From Armatimonadota bacterium (GTDB lineage: Bacteria; Armatimonadota; UBA5829; DTLH01): 64,000 nucleotides of DNA. Below, in pieces: positions 19,201 to 28,647 of the stretch (position 1 is the first letter of the stretch; every line of letters begins with the position of its first letter). The notes beneath the pieces are model-generated. The model was not told where the DNA came from, made no database searches, and saw only the letters and a program-made list of their open reading frames with translations. The stretch lies in the NCBI GenBank assembly GCA_039679675.1, contig JBDKUN010000059.1, forward strand, positions 1 to 64,000, written 5' to 3'. Position numbers and translations under genes: made by a program.

Positions 19201-19323
19201 CCCGTTCGATACAGTGGCGAACGGCACATTCGATACGTTGTAATAGTCAGCACCGATTGCCGCCACGCAAAACATCGATATGGCAAAAACGGCAGTTAAG
19301 GCTATTATTTTCCAGAATTTCAT
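16201..19323 (-). CDS. Large secreted protein with degenerate zincin motif and C-terminal FlgD-Ig (T9SS-CTD-like) domain
   Basis: Signal peptide, HMMIH...WEEG, GWNQIGAPF, LDPWEGYW and WDRRDDSGESVPAGMYL tail. Confidence 0.85.
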   Translation of the reverse strand: MKFWKIIALTAVFAISMFCVAAIGADYYNVSNVPFATVSNGPQNAVVVDVTNPNDPAEVDSAVAKAIAGKSRAAATGMSRQIAMLRKAGMLRPDVDPMLYTTVLIRSNGSFESPTRAAQTYGGGTITFTYSGWTAADETLLKSFVQIAYPILVQIYGSPARTITVQVINDTTQTEKDSLLGGVYVTGSGVQPQIKLWRYSSDISLERSMLHMMIHAFHDTAAFSYDAWEEGFTRAAAVAAGEEIDKKIAQTPSSGLKQLDFVGHTLGDAFYYLMTNYEMLNQPALSNNKFLTSWTDSLQGGDMFGGMIIPRLGMSSTAWLKVYIERLRTDGQSFFKLFNNEYYLQLSGSSGIAGNVPALKGIASSITSTVEGQAFDDWFSKQYIFDTSVSIGKKLYVFTFPPDTPESPDTEGYSLPTVLVYYNTTTTGDETPLAGTVYPVYWDYLYENDLFLSGQYETVAITGGEGSFDPTFFVDTLGGSQRIAIDYTLGTETTRVYFPAGMAGTSALPNSFQGVVVGADTGTVAVKVDAEATGASTSVTKGAFGTSSMTDVLGFSKLHITYTPTSGTPVTKTVNVGPGNYIAFLYADSAGKTLVHTFLAGTRMISLPMTTYTQDQAAALDNGSGSPAISANSLLLARWNPLLSGDYKYEMYPRTPPFASGRAYWAKFPSTVTVTVTGDVPDPAGSYRIGLSAGWNQIGAPFNSSVSVSSIKVEKGNDDPVSFSTAWSTGLVGKTVWKYTPGTGYTEATSLDPWEGYWIKCNVADGVVLIVPGPGRSASRAASIGASTGAGKAAISGGNDWAIHLSANSGNGDASRVTLGVAAGATDGFDNAFDSEAPPSYGDGVSITAKTGGTETACAIDTRAAGTSKVSWDMIVTPSEPNQNITVKWGDISDAPKKCRLVLTDETTGTSRFMRTTSSYKFNSGDGSPRRLTVTADASPSTRLMITGLTVVSTRGTSLSFSYNLSAAAQVKAVIKAPGGQMIRQLNSGQPTRSGINSMVWDRRDDSGESVPAGMYLLNLEAVTEDGEMVKEIHPVLIAR

Positions 19324-19374
19324 TATTACTCTCGTTACTAATTACGGTAGAGCTGCATTCGAAGTTTCACGCTA

Positions 19375-20910
19375 TTATCTTGTGAATGAACGCAGCTCTG
19401 ATATGGCAAATGCGTCTCCCTGGTCGAAATCGGAACTGTCAGAAGCCATTACAACCCAGTAATACGTGTGGCCAGCGACAAGAGAGAAGTCCGGGTCAGA
19501 GAAGGTCACAGTCGAACCTGTCACCACGTCTGATTCACCCCATGCAGGCAGATGATCGGGCCTTTCCGTGTCACCCTGCGGAGTGAAGAGTGCATCCAAT
19601 ATAGGATAACCTTCATAGACGAACACCTTATAACTGCGCGCCCTGTTCAATGGCACCCACTTAAATGTCGGACTGCCTGTATTGACCTTGGCATTATCCG
19701 GTGGTAACTGCACTGTCAGCTTGCCGAGTGGCGTGACAGACGCCGGATAGCTCATATCACTCTCTGCATCAGAGTTGAAATTGTTATATGCATCCAGGTA
19801 ACTTGTGCTTACAGAAGTCACACCATACCAGTAAGTGTTGCCTGCTGTAAGGCTCGAACTTGTGTCAGTATACGTGACGATAGATGGGTCACGTATGAAA
19901 TCCAGCAAATAGTGATCGGACACCTCTATATTCGATGTCTGAGACCTGTAAATTGAGAATCCCGCAAGGTTCGATGGAACATCTATCCCGTATTGTCCGT
20001 TCCAGATGGAGTACCAGATCACATCGTTTTCGATAAGTGTGCCTGAAGGCGGAGACCTTCTTGCAATCTTATTCTTAAACGCAACCGCTTTTCTGCTTTT
20101 TTCGGAAATACAGGATTTTATGGCATCGTATGCGCTCACTTCTGCGCGGGACGTGATGCTTGTCGGCAGCGTATAAGATATGACGTAAATCGCACCTTCG
20201 CTCGTCCAACCTGCCGGTGTAGGCGGGGTTATCACATCGGAAGCTTCCAGCTTGAAGTTCAATGTCGTCACCATGTCAGCGCCTACTGTCGCTGTCTTTG
20301 TAACATTCTCGAAACCACCCGGCTGGCCGGACTTACCGGCAAAAGAAGCTATTACATCGTAGACAAGTTCTTCTTTTTTACCGCCAACGGTGATACTTGC
20401 GGGAAGATTGTCTATAACATACCGCCCGTATCTGTCTGTTACTGCAACTTTGCTTATGACGGAAGCTTCGTCTACGGCTCTATCCTGAGGATAACGGGCT
20501 ACAGCTATTACTCTCGCATTCGGCAAAGGATCGTTGTCTACATCGGTTACGGCTCCCTTAACATCGCCAAGCTCGTCCCACGGTCCGATTACGATGTTCA
20601 TGTTCTGCGTCGGGCCATCTGCATACACATCGACCGCACGGGTACCCGTCCATTTCTTGCCGTCTATGACTGCGGATGCTTCTACATTGACCTCACCGTA
20701 CGATAAACCAGTGACTTTATACGTTCCGTTCATCAATGATTTAGTCACTTCTCGGCTGTCAATACTTATCGTTGCTCCCGGTATATAGTTGCCTGCAACA
20801 TCCGTTACAGACCCCGAAAGGCTGCTTTTACTCCCTCCACTGCCGCCGCAGCCTGAGATAAACAGCGCAATTACCGGAAGTAGAACAAGAGGCAGAAAAA
20901 TCCGTTTCAT
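19375..20910 (-). CDS. Lipoprotein with carboxypeptidase-regulatory-like and FN3-like domains
   Basis: Lipobox ISGC-GGSGG, GFSIYRS, LTAGNTYWYGVTSV and LVAGHTYYWVVMA. Start could be 20928. Confidence 0.85.
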   Translation of the reverse strand: MKRIFLPLVLLPVIALFISGCGGSGGSKSSLSGSVTDVAGNYIPGATISIDSREVTKSLMNGTYKVTGLSYGEVNVEASAVIDGKKWTGTRAVDVYADGPTQNMNIVIGPWDELGDVKGAVTDVDNDPLPNARVIAVARYPQDRAVDEASVISKVAVTDRYGRYVIDNLPASITVGGKKEELVYDVIASFAGKSGQPGGFENVTKTATVGADMVTTLNFKLEASDVITPPTPAGWTSEGAIYVISYTLPTSITSRAEVSAYDAIKSCISEKSRKAVAFKNKIARRSPPSGTLIENDVIWYSIWNGQYGIDVPSNLAGFSIYRSQTSNIEVSDHYLLDFIRDPSIVTYTDTSSSLTAGNTYWYGVTSVSTSYLDAYNNFNSDAESDMSYPASVTPLGKLTVQLPPDNAKVNTGSPTFKWVPLNRARSYKVFVYEGYPILDALFTPQGDTERPDHLPAWGESDVVTGSTVTFSDPDFSLVAGHTYYWVVMASDSSDFDQGDAFAISELRSFTR

Positions 20911-20987
20911 CACCTTCACCGCTTTCAATATTGTATAGTCTGTAGATGCCTTTAAGCCTGATGGCCTATCAATAAACGACGCGAATA

Positions 20988-23549
20988 TTACCTGAACCTT
21001 GCCCCAATCTGAGCATTCAACATGTTTGCACGGTAGTTATTTGCATCATTTTTACTGTCTTTGTAGTCGATCATTCGCCAGTCCACTTTGAGACCGAAGA
21101 TAGAATTGAGCGGATACTCCATACCGAAAGCAAGGGTATTTTTCCTGCTGGAAGTTATACCAGCCGTAGAAGAGTTGAGAAACTCTGTAAAAAGATAGCG
21201 TCCGCCGCCGATCTCTTTTCGCAGATTGCCGCTTATACTCTTAAGATCGACTGCACTATTCTGATAGGCATAAAGCGGGTCATCTGTTGATAAATTGCTC
21301 AACTGCGTCCCCGACAGCATCTTTTGATAATTGAGATCGAGCGAATATGTTTTTACCGGCCCTACACTCAGGGTGAGAAAGCCAATGCGGCTCGACATAT
21401 CACCGCTAGATCCTACGAAACTGCCGTCCTGCTTACTGGAATGAGCGAAAATCTTTATTATCTCAGAGGGGGTGTATGTGAACCCGAAATCTGTCCCCGT
21501 AACGGAGGTGTTCGTGCTGTTTTCGCCTTCTGAAGATGTATAGTTGAAGCTGGTATTGAACGAGAAATACTTCGTCGGTGTCCATCCTGCACTCATTATG
21601 CGTGTGGCCGACTTGCTGGAGTATGAGTTTACATAAATGTCGTTCACATACCCTTCAGAGTTGGAGATTACACTTGATGTGACACCGCCGGAATCAGTAA
21701 TTCTGTAACTGGCGGACAGGTTAACTGATGTCGAAGGCATATAAGAGGCTGTCATCTGGTAGTTTTTGGCATCCGAGCCGGATCCGCTGCTGTTTGTAAC
21801 ATTACTCTTTGATATATCCGCAGAAAAGGATACTTTTTCCCCCGGCGTATACCTAAGTCCCAGTCTGGATGTATCGACGGTATTGCTGGTAGTGACCAGC
21901 GAATTGTCGGTACTGGACAAATATGTATAGTCTCTGTCTGACCTGCTGAGTTCTCCATTCAAATTCAGCTTTTTCTTTCCCCAGTTCATGGTCAATGCGT
22001 CGGTAGAAAGGGAATCTTTCTTATCACTTAGCCCTTCGCTGTCCGATCTCGTGCGGGAGAACTTCAACTCAGGTAGATTTTCCGGTTTCCACTCCAGCAC
22101 GTTCGTTGTTTGGGTCGATAAAAGTGAAAGTCCGCTTGTTGTGGTGTCGTCGGTACTGCTCGAATCTGCCCTGTGAAACCTTTCGATTTTGGTATTCCAG
22201 TATAATTGATCGTTGAACCAGTATTTGACGTTGATGTCCCCACCCCGTTCGTTTCTGAAGAAACCGGCGGATTCGACCGGGGAATAACCTGCGTCTATAT
22301 CTTTCAGGCCCGCCGAATACTCGAATTTACCGTATTTGCCTGATGCTTTCAGTGAAGATGCGCTGCCGCTGCCATCGGTTCCCGCAGAACCGCTTGAAGA
22401 CCGTGCAAACTGACCTGTCAGAGTCAATGCATCCGATAATTTCACCTTTGCATCGACCCCCATCACATTTCGGTCTCCGCTGACCGCGTTATCGGGTTTG
22501 GGAACATATGTGACGAGGATTGTCGAACTCGATAATATGGCTCTCGTAAACAATATGTAATGCTGTGGGTAATCTATGCTGTAATCCGCCGGAACGGACC
22601 CGATAGCAACAGGGGACTGCAGTATCCCATCGACTTTCACTATTACACTGCCTTCGATCGGGATGTAGAGCAGCTCATATTGGAGTCCCAGGCTGTTGTT
22701 GCCGTGAAACGACTCCGTGATCTCCTGATATTTGTCTGAGTTACTATCTGATGATTGAGTCAGATACGTAAAACCAACACCGGTATCTTTTTTGATCGGA
22801 ACATCAGAACGAAATCCGTAAATAGTCCCGGCAGTCGTGTTGTAGCTCTGCGATTCGAAGCTAATATTTATCGTCGAAGTGCTGGGGACTATCAGGTCAT
22901 CCCTGAACGTCAATATCCCTGAAAAGGCGTCGAGGGTATAGTTAGGCATACCTGTGCTGTCGGAGCGTGTTATTTCCTTTTCGTCTATTTTTACACGTTC
23001 ACTGCCGTCTACTATCTGCGTAACACCGAGATAATATGGCCCCGGCGTGTTATTTCCCGCGATTGTTACTGTTTTGGTTGCCGCTTTTGTTCGTGAGGCT
23101 ATAGCGGTTACTGAGCACACTCCAAAGTCCTGAGTGATTGTCGCGCCTTTAAGCTGCTTTGAGAATGGGATAAGATCGTTCCCGGTAAGAGATGCGGATA
23201 TATCCCCTATGGCCGCGCGTGTCGGGCCTTTGTTGTAATTCAGTACAACTGACCTGTCGCTTGGGTTCCACCTGTTATTGGACAATGCCGCGGTAATCGA
23301 CAAACCTGACCATATATTTCCTGTTACTGTCAGGTTTGTTTCGTTCAGGTAACGGGAGTTGAAGCCGTAGTTATCATCTAAAAACATATCCTCGCTGCCG
23401 TTAACAGAGAGCGACTGCAGGGTATATGTCTTTGTGCCGGACACAGACAGACCACTGCCTATCCTCTGCCAGAACGGATCAGCCAGAGCCGACACAGAGC
23501 CAGCAAAGAAAACCAGGACCAGAAAGATAATAAAATTACGTTTATTCAT
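20988..23549 (-). CDS. Predicted large outer-membrane beta-barrel protein with SprA-like segments
   Basis: Signal peptide, Ser/Thr/Gly/Tyr-rich amphipathic strands over the C-terminal half, C-terminal AQIGARFR, and two GSxxVxxD...Y[ST]xD...IxF units. Confidence 0.75.
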   Translation of the reverse strand: MNKRNFIIFLVLVFFAGSVSALADPFWQRIGSGLSVSGTKTYTLQSLSVNGSEDMFLDDNYGFNSRYLNETNLTVTGNIWSGLSITAALSNNRWNPSDRSVVLNYNKGPTRAAIGDISASLTGNDLIPFSKQLKGATITQDFGVCSVTAIASRTKAATKTVTIAGNNTPGPYYLGVTQIVDGSERVKIDEKEITRSDSTGMPNYTLDAFSGILTFRDDLIVPSTSTINISFESQSYNTTAGTIYGFRSDVPIKKDTGVGFTYLTQSSDSNSDKYQEITESFHGNNSLGLQYELLYIPIEGSVIVKVDGILQSPVAIGSVPADYSIDYPQHYILFTRAILSSSTILVTYVPKPDNAVSGDRNVMGVDAKVKLSDALTLTGQFARSSSGSAGTDGSGSASSLKASGKYGKFEYSAGLKDIDAGYSPVESAGFFRNERGGDINVKYWFNDQLYWNTKIERFHRADSSSTDDTTTSGLSLLSTQTTNVLEWKPENLPELKFSRTRSDSEGLSDKKDSLSTDALTMNWGKKKLNLNGELSRSDRDYTYLSSTDNSLVTTSNTVDTSRLGLRYTPGEKVSFSADISKSNVTNSSGSGSDAKNYQMTASYMPSTSVNLSASYRITDSGGVTSSVISNSEGYVNDIYVNSYSSKSATRIMSAGWTPTKYFSFNTSFNYTSSEGENSTNTSVTGTDFGFTYTPSEIIKIFAHSSKQDGSFVGSSGDMSSRIGFLTLSVGPVKTYSLDLNYQKMLSGTQLSNLSTDDPLYAYQNSAVDLKSISGNLRKEIGGGRYLFTEFLNSSTAGITSSRKNTLAFGMEYPLNSIFGLKVDWRMIDYKDSKNDANNYRANMLNAQIGARFR

Positions 23550-23622
23550 AAAACCAGACAACACGGTTGGAGAGAGGTCTCTGACACTACAATCAGTACT
23601 AATATTGACTTTACAGCTTATG

Positions 23623-24720
23623 CTAATGTTCCTCTTGAGACATAAGGCCACATGCAAGTTCTGCATTCTCTATCGCTGCTGCATGGAGCTTCGGGAGACG
23701 TTCGGATATACGCTTGGACAGTTCATTCTTTCTGTTCCAGGCGTCTATTATCCGCGAAGTAACAACGGAAGCCGTCAGTCCGTCCAACTTAATCGGCTCG
23801 TCCTGGCCAGCCACGCGCGTAAAAGCTTCTACTTTGGGATCGTAGGCGATTGAAAGAAACGGTATTCCTTCAGATGCTGAAAATATAAGAGAATGAAGCC
23901 TCATACCGACGACAAAAGACATCCGGCCGGTTATACTCATAATCTGAGCTGGGGTGTAATGCCCGGACACAACAAATGACGGCACCGTTACCTGCGATGC
24001 CACTTGAACACTGATGCCCGTATCCTTTTCCCGCTGCATCGGCAGAAACACGAGGGCAGCGCCGATCTTTGAAGCAGCGTTTTCAAGCCCCTGTGATAGT
24101 GCCGGAAGCCAATTAATGTTGTTTTTCCAGGGCCTTAGTGAGATACCGATCAATGGGACATCCTCCGGTACTCCCGTCGCCCTAAGTATCTCTTGCGCAT
24201 CTTCATCCGGTGCTGGTTTCATGGCAAAAGCCGGGTCGGCTGTAACCAGAATATCCGGGCGGTTAACGCCTATATCCTCAAGGCAGGACTTGGATGCAGC
24301 GTCTCGGACTGTTATCAGGTCCACCCTGTTCAGAACATATTTCACGGCATTCCTGGCAGCATAACCTGTCAACGGGCCTATTCCCTGTGCGTAGACCATT
24401 ACCTTCTTACGAAACCGCTTTGCAAGCCAGATAACGCTCAGGTAGTAACCAAGCGATCTGGCGCTGGTAGTATTCTGCAGAAGGCTTCCGCCGCCTGAAA
24501 TGAGTAAATCTGCACTCCTTATCGCAGGAAGCAGTTCGCTCGGCTTCATCCTGTCTGCTGCACGAATGCCATGCTGCGCCGTTGTACCGGCTGGGTCCGA
24601 TGAAAGAGCCAATAGCTCTGCGCCTGGGCATACCTGGCCAAAAGATTCGATTATACCTGACAGCACGGCCTCATCGCCGGTATTACCGAAACCATAATAA
24701 CCTGATAATATAATCTTCGT
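23623..24720 (-). CDS. csaB: Polysaccharide pyruvyl transferase CsaB (inferred ACG start at 24720)
   Basis: KIILSGYYGFGNTGDEA lies upstream of the listed ORF start. SGGGSLLQ, AQGIGP, VRD and GMRLH motifs. Confidence 0.92.
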   Translation of the reverse strand, partial: TKIILSGYYGFGNTGDEAVLSGIIESFGQVCPGAELLALSSDPAGTTAQHGIRAADRMKPSELLPAIRSADLLISGGGSLLQNTTSARSLGYYLSVIWLAKRFRKKVMVYAQGIGPLTGYAARNAVKYVLNRVDLITVRDAASKSCLEDIGVNRPDILVTADPAFAMKPAPDEDAQEILRATGVPEDVPLIGISLRPWKNNINWLPALSQGLENAASKIGAALVFLPMQREKDTGISVQVASQVTVPSFVVSGHYTPAQIMSITGRMSFVVGMRLHSLIFSASEGIPFLSIAYDPKVEAFTRVAGQDEPIKLDGLTASVVTSRIIDAWNRKNELSKRISERLPKLHAAAIENAELACGLMSQEEH

Positions 24721-24722
24721 AG

Positions 24723-26693
24723 CTACTTCCGCACCTTCACTCTCTCCTGCGCTGTTTTCTTTTCGGCGGATTCCGACTTATTCCTGTTGAAGCGCGAGAA
24801 CATAAGCAGAAGCACTATACCTAATGCCAATCCCAACACAGAACCAATAGTGACTCGATATGCTGATATGAAAATCGGCGTGTGGATATGACAGAACGTG
24901 TTGACAATGGAAACCTCACCGATTGTCCCTATAACGAGCAACAAGGCAGCCCATCCCCTGCGTCCGCCCAGAGCAGCGGCTATACCAAGGAAGAGTGCAG
25001 GATGACCAATTAGAAACTCCTTTGTTCTAGGCCGGACATAAAGGATTTTGTCCAGTATTGACCTGAACCTGAGTTCTATGCCGGATACTCCTACGCCTGA
25101 ATCATTTCCTGAACGCGCGAGGAGCAGCCCGAGCATCACCAGTAATACAAGAGCAATTGCTGTGTGCCATATCAAAACAGGCTGTGAAGAAAGCCGCTTA
25201 AAGGCAGTTTTGATCTTCTCCACCTGCTCATGCCAGCTTGCTGAGCCCCACCCTATCCCGGCGGCGAGCACGAAAGCAGCAATAAGTATTGGCAACAGGT
25301 GCGCGAGCTTGACTCCAGCGAACTGATCGGCCCTCATCATAAAGCTTTCTTTGGCTAGTAGGCCGGCTATCATCATTCCTCCGGCTACAGAGATAGCTAC
25401 AACGCCAATGAACCTTCCGGCAGCCTCCCACATATGTGTCCGAAGCGGCAAACTGTCCGACTTCTCAGGTGTGCCGTAAGCTGCGGTGATCACAGCAAGA
25501 GAGGGAAAAACTATAGCCGAGACCAGCCCGATGAGTTTGCCCCCAAGAGGTATTCCTGATGCTGCCATCCCTGCGAAAATCAATGCAATAAGGATAAACG
25601 AGGCCCATATTTGCTTCGCGGAAAGCTTAATAACCGACACAGCAAGCAGCATAACGCCTGCCGCCACACCGATTGCCATCATAATCATCGCCGCGACAGG
25701 GACTCCGGGGTCTGTAAACGGACGCGATACTTTCAGCCCCATTCCATCTTTAGTGAGCCCTCTGGTAATTTCTCTTATATATTCGATGTTCGACTTAAGA
25801 AGCCCGGCATCACCAAAGTCGAACATTCGCACATACAGCAGCCGTATATCCCTCTCCTTGGCTGCTTTGACAAACCGTTCTACTGCTGTCGGCTTGTCGA
25901 GTGTGCCCATTTCTGCTGCTGTGATACTGTGTACCTTCAAAACATCCGGCAGCATCTTTTCTGAAAGATGCTGGTCGCCCTTCTGTTTGGAAAACTCGAT
26001 AGATCCATATACCAGGCCGTGTGCTTTTAACGCATCGGCGACATCGTTTATGGCTCCACGGAACCCCAGCACTTCATCGCCCGAGAATATGACGGTTTTC
26101 ACGCCTTTCTGTTCGAGCTGACTCAATGTCTTTTCCATGTTCTCGCGGCCTACGCCCGGATAATTGCTCAAACGTGCTACGACTGCTAGGCCGGTTTCCT
26201 TTGCAGCATCAAATGCTTCATCAGGAAGGGCTACAGGCATGGTAAGCACATAATCAGGCTCGGCTTTTACCTTCAACTCCCAGGTAGCTAAGCCATCTTT
26301 AGAGGGAGTAAACGGACGCGACACCTTTACTGGGATGCTCGATTCGATCAGTGTTTGATAAACGTCTTTCGACGAGCCGGTCAATACTGTATTGCCGTTT
26401 GTTTTTCCGATTGCTACCTGGCCTGAGGCGATAAGATCAGACACTATCGGCTGTTCTACAGACAAACTGGTTACACCGGCCCTTTTGAGCTCTGTAAGGG
26501 TCTCAGGGACCGTCATATTCGCAGCTCCGGCGAGTTTTGCGACTTCTGAGTAGTCCACAGCTACCTCAACCGTCCGGTTGTGTGTCTCCACCCGGTAACG
26601 CAGTGCAAGAGCCCACATGGCTCCGATTACGCCGACTATGAGGAGGATTGTAAGAAATCTATTCCGTCTAAAAATCATTATTCTTCGTACCAA
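24723..26693 (-). CDS. DUF5693-like membrane protein (usual csaB neighbour)
   Basis: N-terminal TM, large soluble domain, FAGVK, RPRTKEFLIGHP and NTFCHIHTP motifs. Confidence 0.85.
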   Translation of the reverse strand: MVRRIMIFRRNRFLTILLIVGVIGAMWALALRYRVETHNRTVEVAVDYSEVAKLAGAANMTVPETLTELKRAGVTSLSVEQPIVSDLIASGQVAIGKTNGNTVLTGSSKDVYQTLIESSIPVKVSRPFTPSKDGLATWELKVKAEPDYVLTMPVALPDEAFDAAKETGLAVVARLSNYPGVGRENMEKTLSQLEQKGVKTVIFSGDEVLGFRGAINDVADALKAHGLVYGSIEFSKQKGDQHLSEKMLPDVLKVHSITAAEMGTLDKPTAVERFVKAAKERDIRLLYVRMFDFGDAGLLKSNIEYIREITRGLTKDGMGLKVSRPFTDPGVPVAAMIMMAIGVAAGVMLLAVSVIKLSAKQIWASFILIALIFAGMAASGIPLGGKLIGLVSAIVFPSLAVITAAYGTPEKSDSLPLRTHMWEAAGRFIGVVAISVAGGMMIAGLLAKESFMMRADQFAGVKLAHLLPILIAAFVLAAGIGWGSASWHEQVEKIKTAFKRLSSQPVLIWHTAIALVLLVMLGLLLARSGNDSGVGVSGIELRFRSILDKILYVRPRTKEFLIGHPALFLGIAAALGGRRGWAALLLVIGTIGEVSIVNTFCHIHTPIFISAYRVTIGSVLGLALGIVLLLMFSRFNRNKSESAEKKTAQERVKVRK

Positions 26694-27430
26694 TACCTTC
26701 TATAATTCCGTCCATTCCGCCGTCTGCGGACCAGGCTCTTTCCACCAAGCAGCAAAATGAGCACTATACCGGTCAGGAATCCTCCGATATGCGCCCAGTA
26801 AGCAACACCGCCGCTGCCGGGAGTCATACCTCCGCCAAGCATGGCGCTGATGATCTGTAAAAATATCCATAGCCCCAGTACAACTACGGCTGGAATGGCG
26901 GCGGTAGTTACAAATATCCCTACGAATATCAGCGTAGTTACCTTAGTGTTCGGATAAAGGACCATGTAAGCGCCGAGCACTGCTGCAATCGCTCCGCTTG
27001 CTCCTACCACCGGAATCTGGGACGCAGGATTGCTCAGTATGTGCGCGAAAGCTGCCATTACTCCGCCAAACAGATAGAAAAGCAAAAACCTTGCGTGTCC
27101 CAGCACATCCTCTATGTTATTACCGAATATCCACAGGTAGAGCATGTTCCCGCCCAGGTGCAGCAGACCTCCGTGCAAGAACATCGAAGTTAAGATCGTT
27201 ATATAGACAGGCGAAGGACTGTCGTGCGGGATTACAGTCGATCCTATTTGCGCTGGAAGATTTTGACCAGTCCAAATATCTCTTGGGATCATGGAAAGGC
27301 CCCAGAGACTGCCGACAGGACCGTGCGCGCCGAGTCTATCGATGATAAAAAACACAACGTTGAGTACGACGAGGAAGTAGACGACATAAGGCGTCGACCG
27401 CGTCGGGTTCTCATCCCTGATGGGTATCAT
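26678..27430 (-). CDS. Rhomboid intramembrane serine protease
   Basis: MIPIRDENP, SMFLHGG, HLGGNMLYLWIFG, GASGA and AYWAHIGG. Confidence 0.95.
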   Translation of the reverse strand: MIPIRDENPTRSTPYVVYFLVVLNVVFFIIDRLGAHGPVGSLWGLSMIPRDIWTGQNLPAQIGSTVIPHDSPSPVYITILTSMFLHGGLLHLGGNMLYLWIFGNNIEDVLGHARFLLFYLFGGVMAAFAHILSNPASQIPVVGASGAIAAVLGAYMVLYPNTKVTTLIFVGIFVTTAAIPAVVVLGLWIFLQIISAMLGGGMTPGSGGVAYWAHIGGFLTGIVLILLLGGKSLVRRRRNGRNYRRYWYEE

Positions 27431-27599
27431 CTACTCTCCTCCTGCCCAAAATTGAGTTGATTTTAGCACAAAGCCCTCCTACTGTAAATCGCCGCTTTCT
27501 CTCTATCTTATTTTTGCTCTTTCATTTGACAGCTGCCTTATTAGTGAAGTACAAATTATTGATAATTCACAGCCAGCATGCTTAGGGAGAGCACGATTT

Positions 27600-28565
27600 A
27601 TGATCAAGACTTACCTGTTTACCGGAACTGAAGCTGTACCGGATGTATCGCTCGATAATTGGCAATCTCTCGTGGAAGGAGACAACAAGCTCCTATGGGT
27701 CGATATCCGCTCGTATGACCGCAAAGAAATATGTGAAATTGCGAAAAAGTTCGGGCTTCATTCCATTGCCGTCGAATCCTGCCTCGACCATTATCGTCGG
27801 CCGCATCTTTATGAGTTCAAGGACCATTTTTACATCAACCTGACTGCACTCAAATCCGGCGGGACCAACGGAGTAAAGGGCACGGAGTTGCATGTCTTTG
27901 CAGGCTGTAAATTCATCATTACAGCGTATAAAGATAAGCAGAACAGCGCCATAGACCAGACAATATTGGAGTATCATGAAACCCCGGAACTTACTGAACG
28001 AGGCCCTATGCACGCTGTCTATGCCCTCGCTGAAGACTTGATCGAGACTTACTTTCCAGCAGTCGAAAAACTGGACGATGACGCCGACAAGCTTGAAGAT
28101 GCGATGCTGGACTCCGCTAATCAATACTTGCTCAGGAGACTTTTCGACCTCAAACGGCGCACATTTGAGCTTCGCAAGCTGCTTGGCCCTCAGCGGGACA
28201 TATTCAACGAACTCGGCCGAAGAGATTTTCCATTTATGGAAAAAGAGCACCTTGTATACTTCCAGGACGCTTATAACCGGATGATTCGCTTGTTTGACAT
28301 GCTGGACACCATCAGAGAGATTCTCTCCGGCAGCCTTGATATATATCTTTCTGTCGTATCGAACCGCACGAACGATATTATGAAAGTCCTGACAGTTGCG
28401 GCTACTGTCTTTCTGGTTCTTTCCTTCATAACAGGGTTCTATGGCATGAACTTCACCCATATTCCTTGGCTGGACGCACCGCACGCATTCCGAAATATGT
28501 TGCTCATCATGGGTGGTATCACAATTGCAATGATCTTGTGGTTCCGCCACAAGGGCTGGATGTAA
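27600..28565 (+). CDS. corA: Magnesium/cobalt transporter CorA
   Basis: LLWVDI, NDIMKVLT, GFYGMNF and two C-terminal TMs. Confidence 0.93.
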   Translation: MIKTYLFTGTEAVPDVSLDNWQSLVEGDNKLLWVDIRSYDRKEICEIAKKFGLHSIAVESCLDHYRRPHLYEFKDHFYINLTALKSGGTNGVKGTELHVFAGCKFIITAYKDKQNSAIDQTILEYHETPELTERGPMHAVYALAEDLIETYFPAVEKLDDDADKLEDAMLDSANQYLLRRLFDLKRRTFELRKLLGPQRDIFNELGRRDFPFMEKEHLVYFQDAYNRMIRLFDMLDTIREILSGSLDIYLSVVSNRTNDIMKVLTVAATVFLVLSFITGFYGMNFTHIPWLDAPHAFRNMLLIMGGITIAMILWFRHKGWM

Positions 28566-28647
28566 TTTAATCTAAAAATAATTTGAAGCTCTCCTAATGC
28601 TCAGGTATCTAACATTACTGAAGACATCTTTCAGGAGGTATACGAAC

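Noticed and set aside
27693..28550. 285-aa ORF antisense to corA (similar long shadows over dnaK, uvrB, DUF5693, M23 and YtxH)
   Set aside because: Fully overlaps well-supported genes on the opposite strand, with no RBS or motifs. Typical codon-bias shadow.
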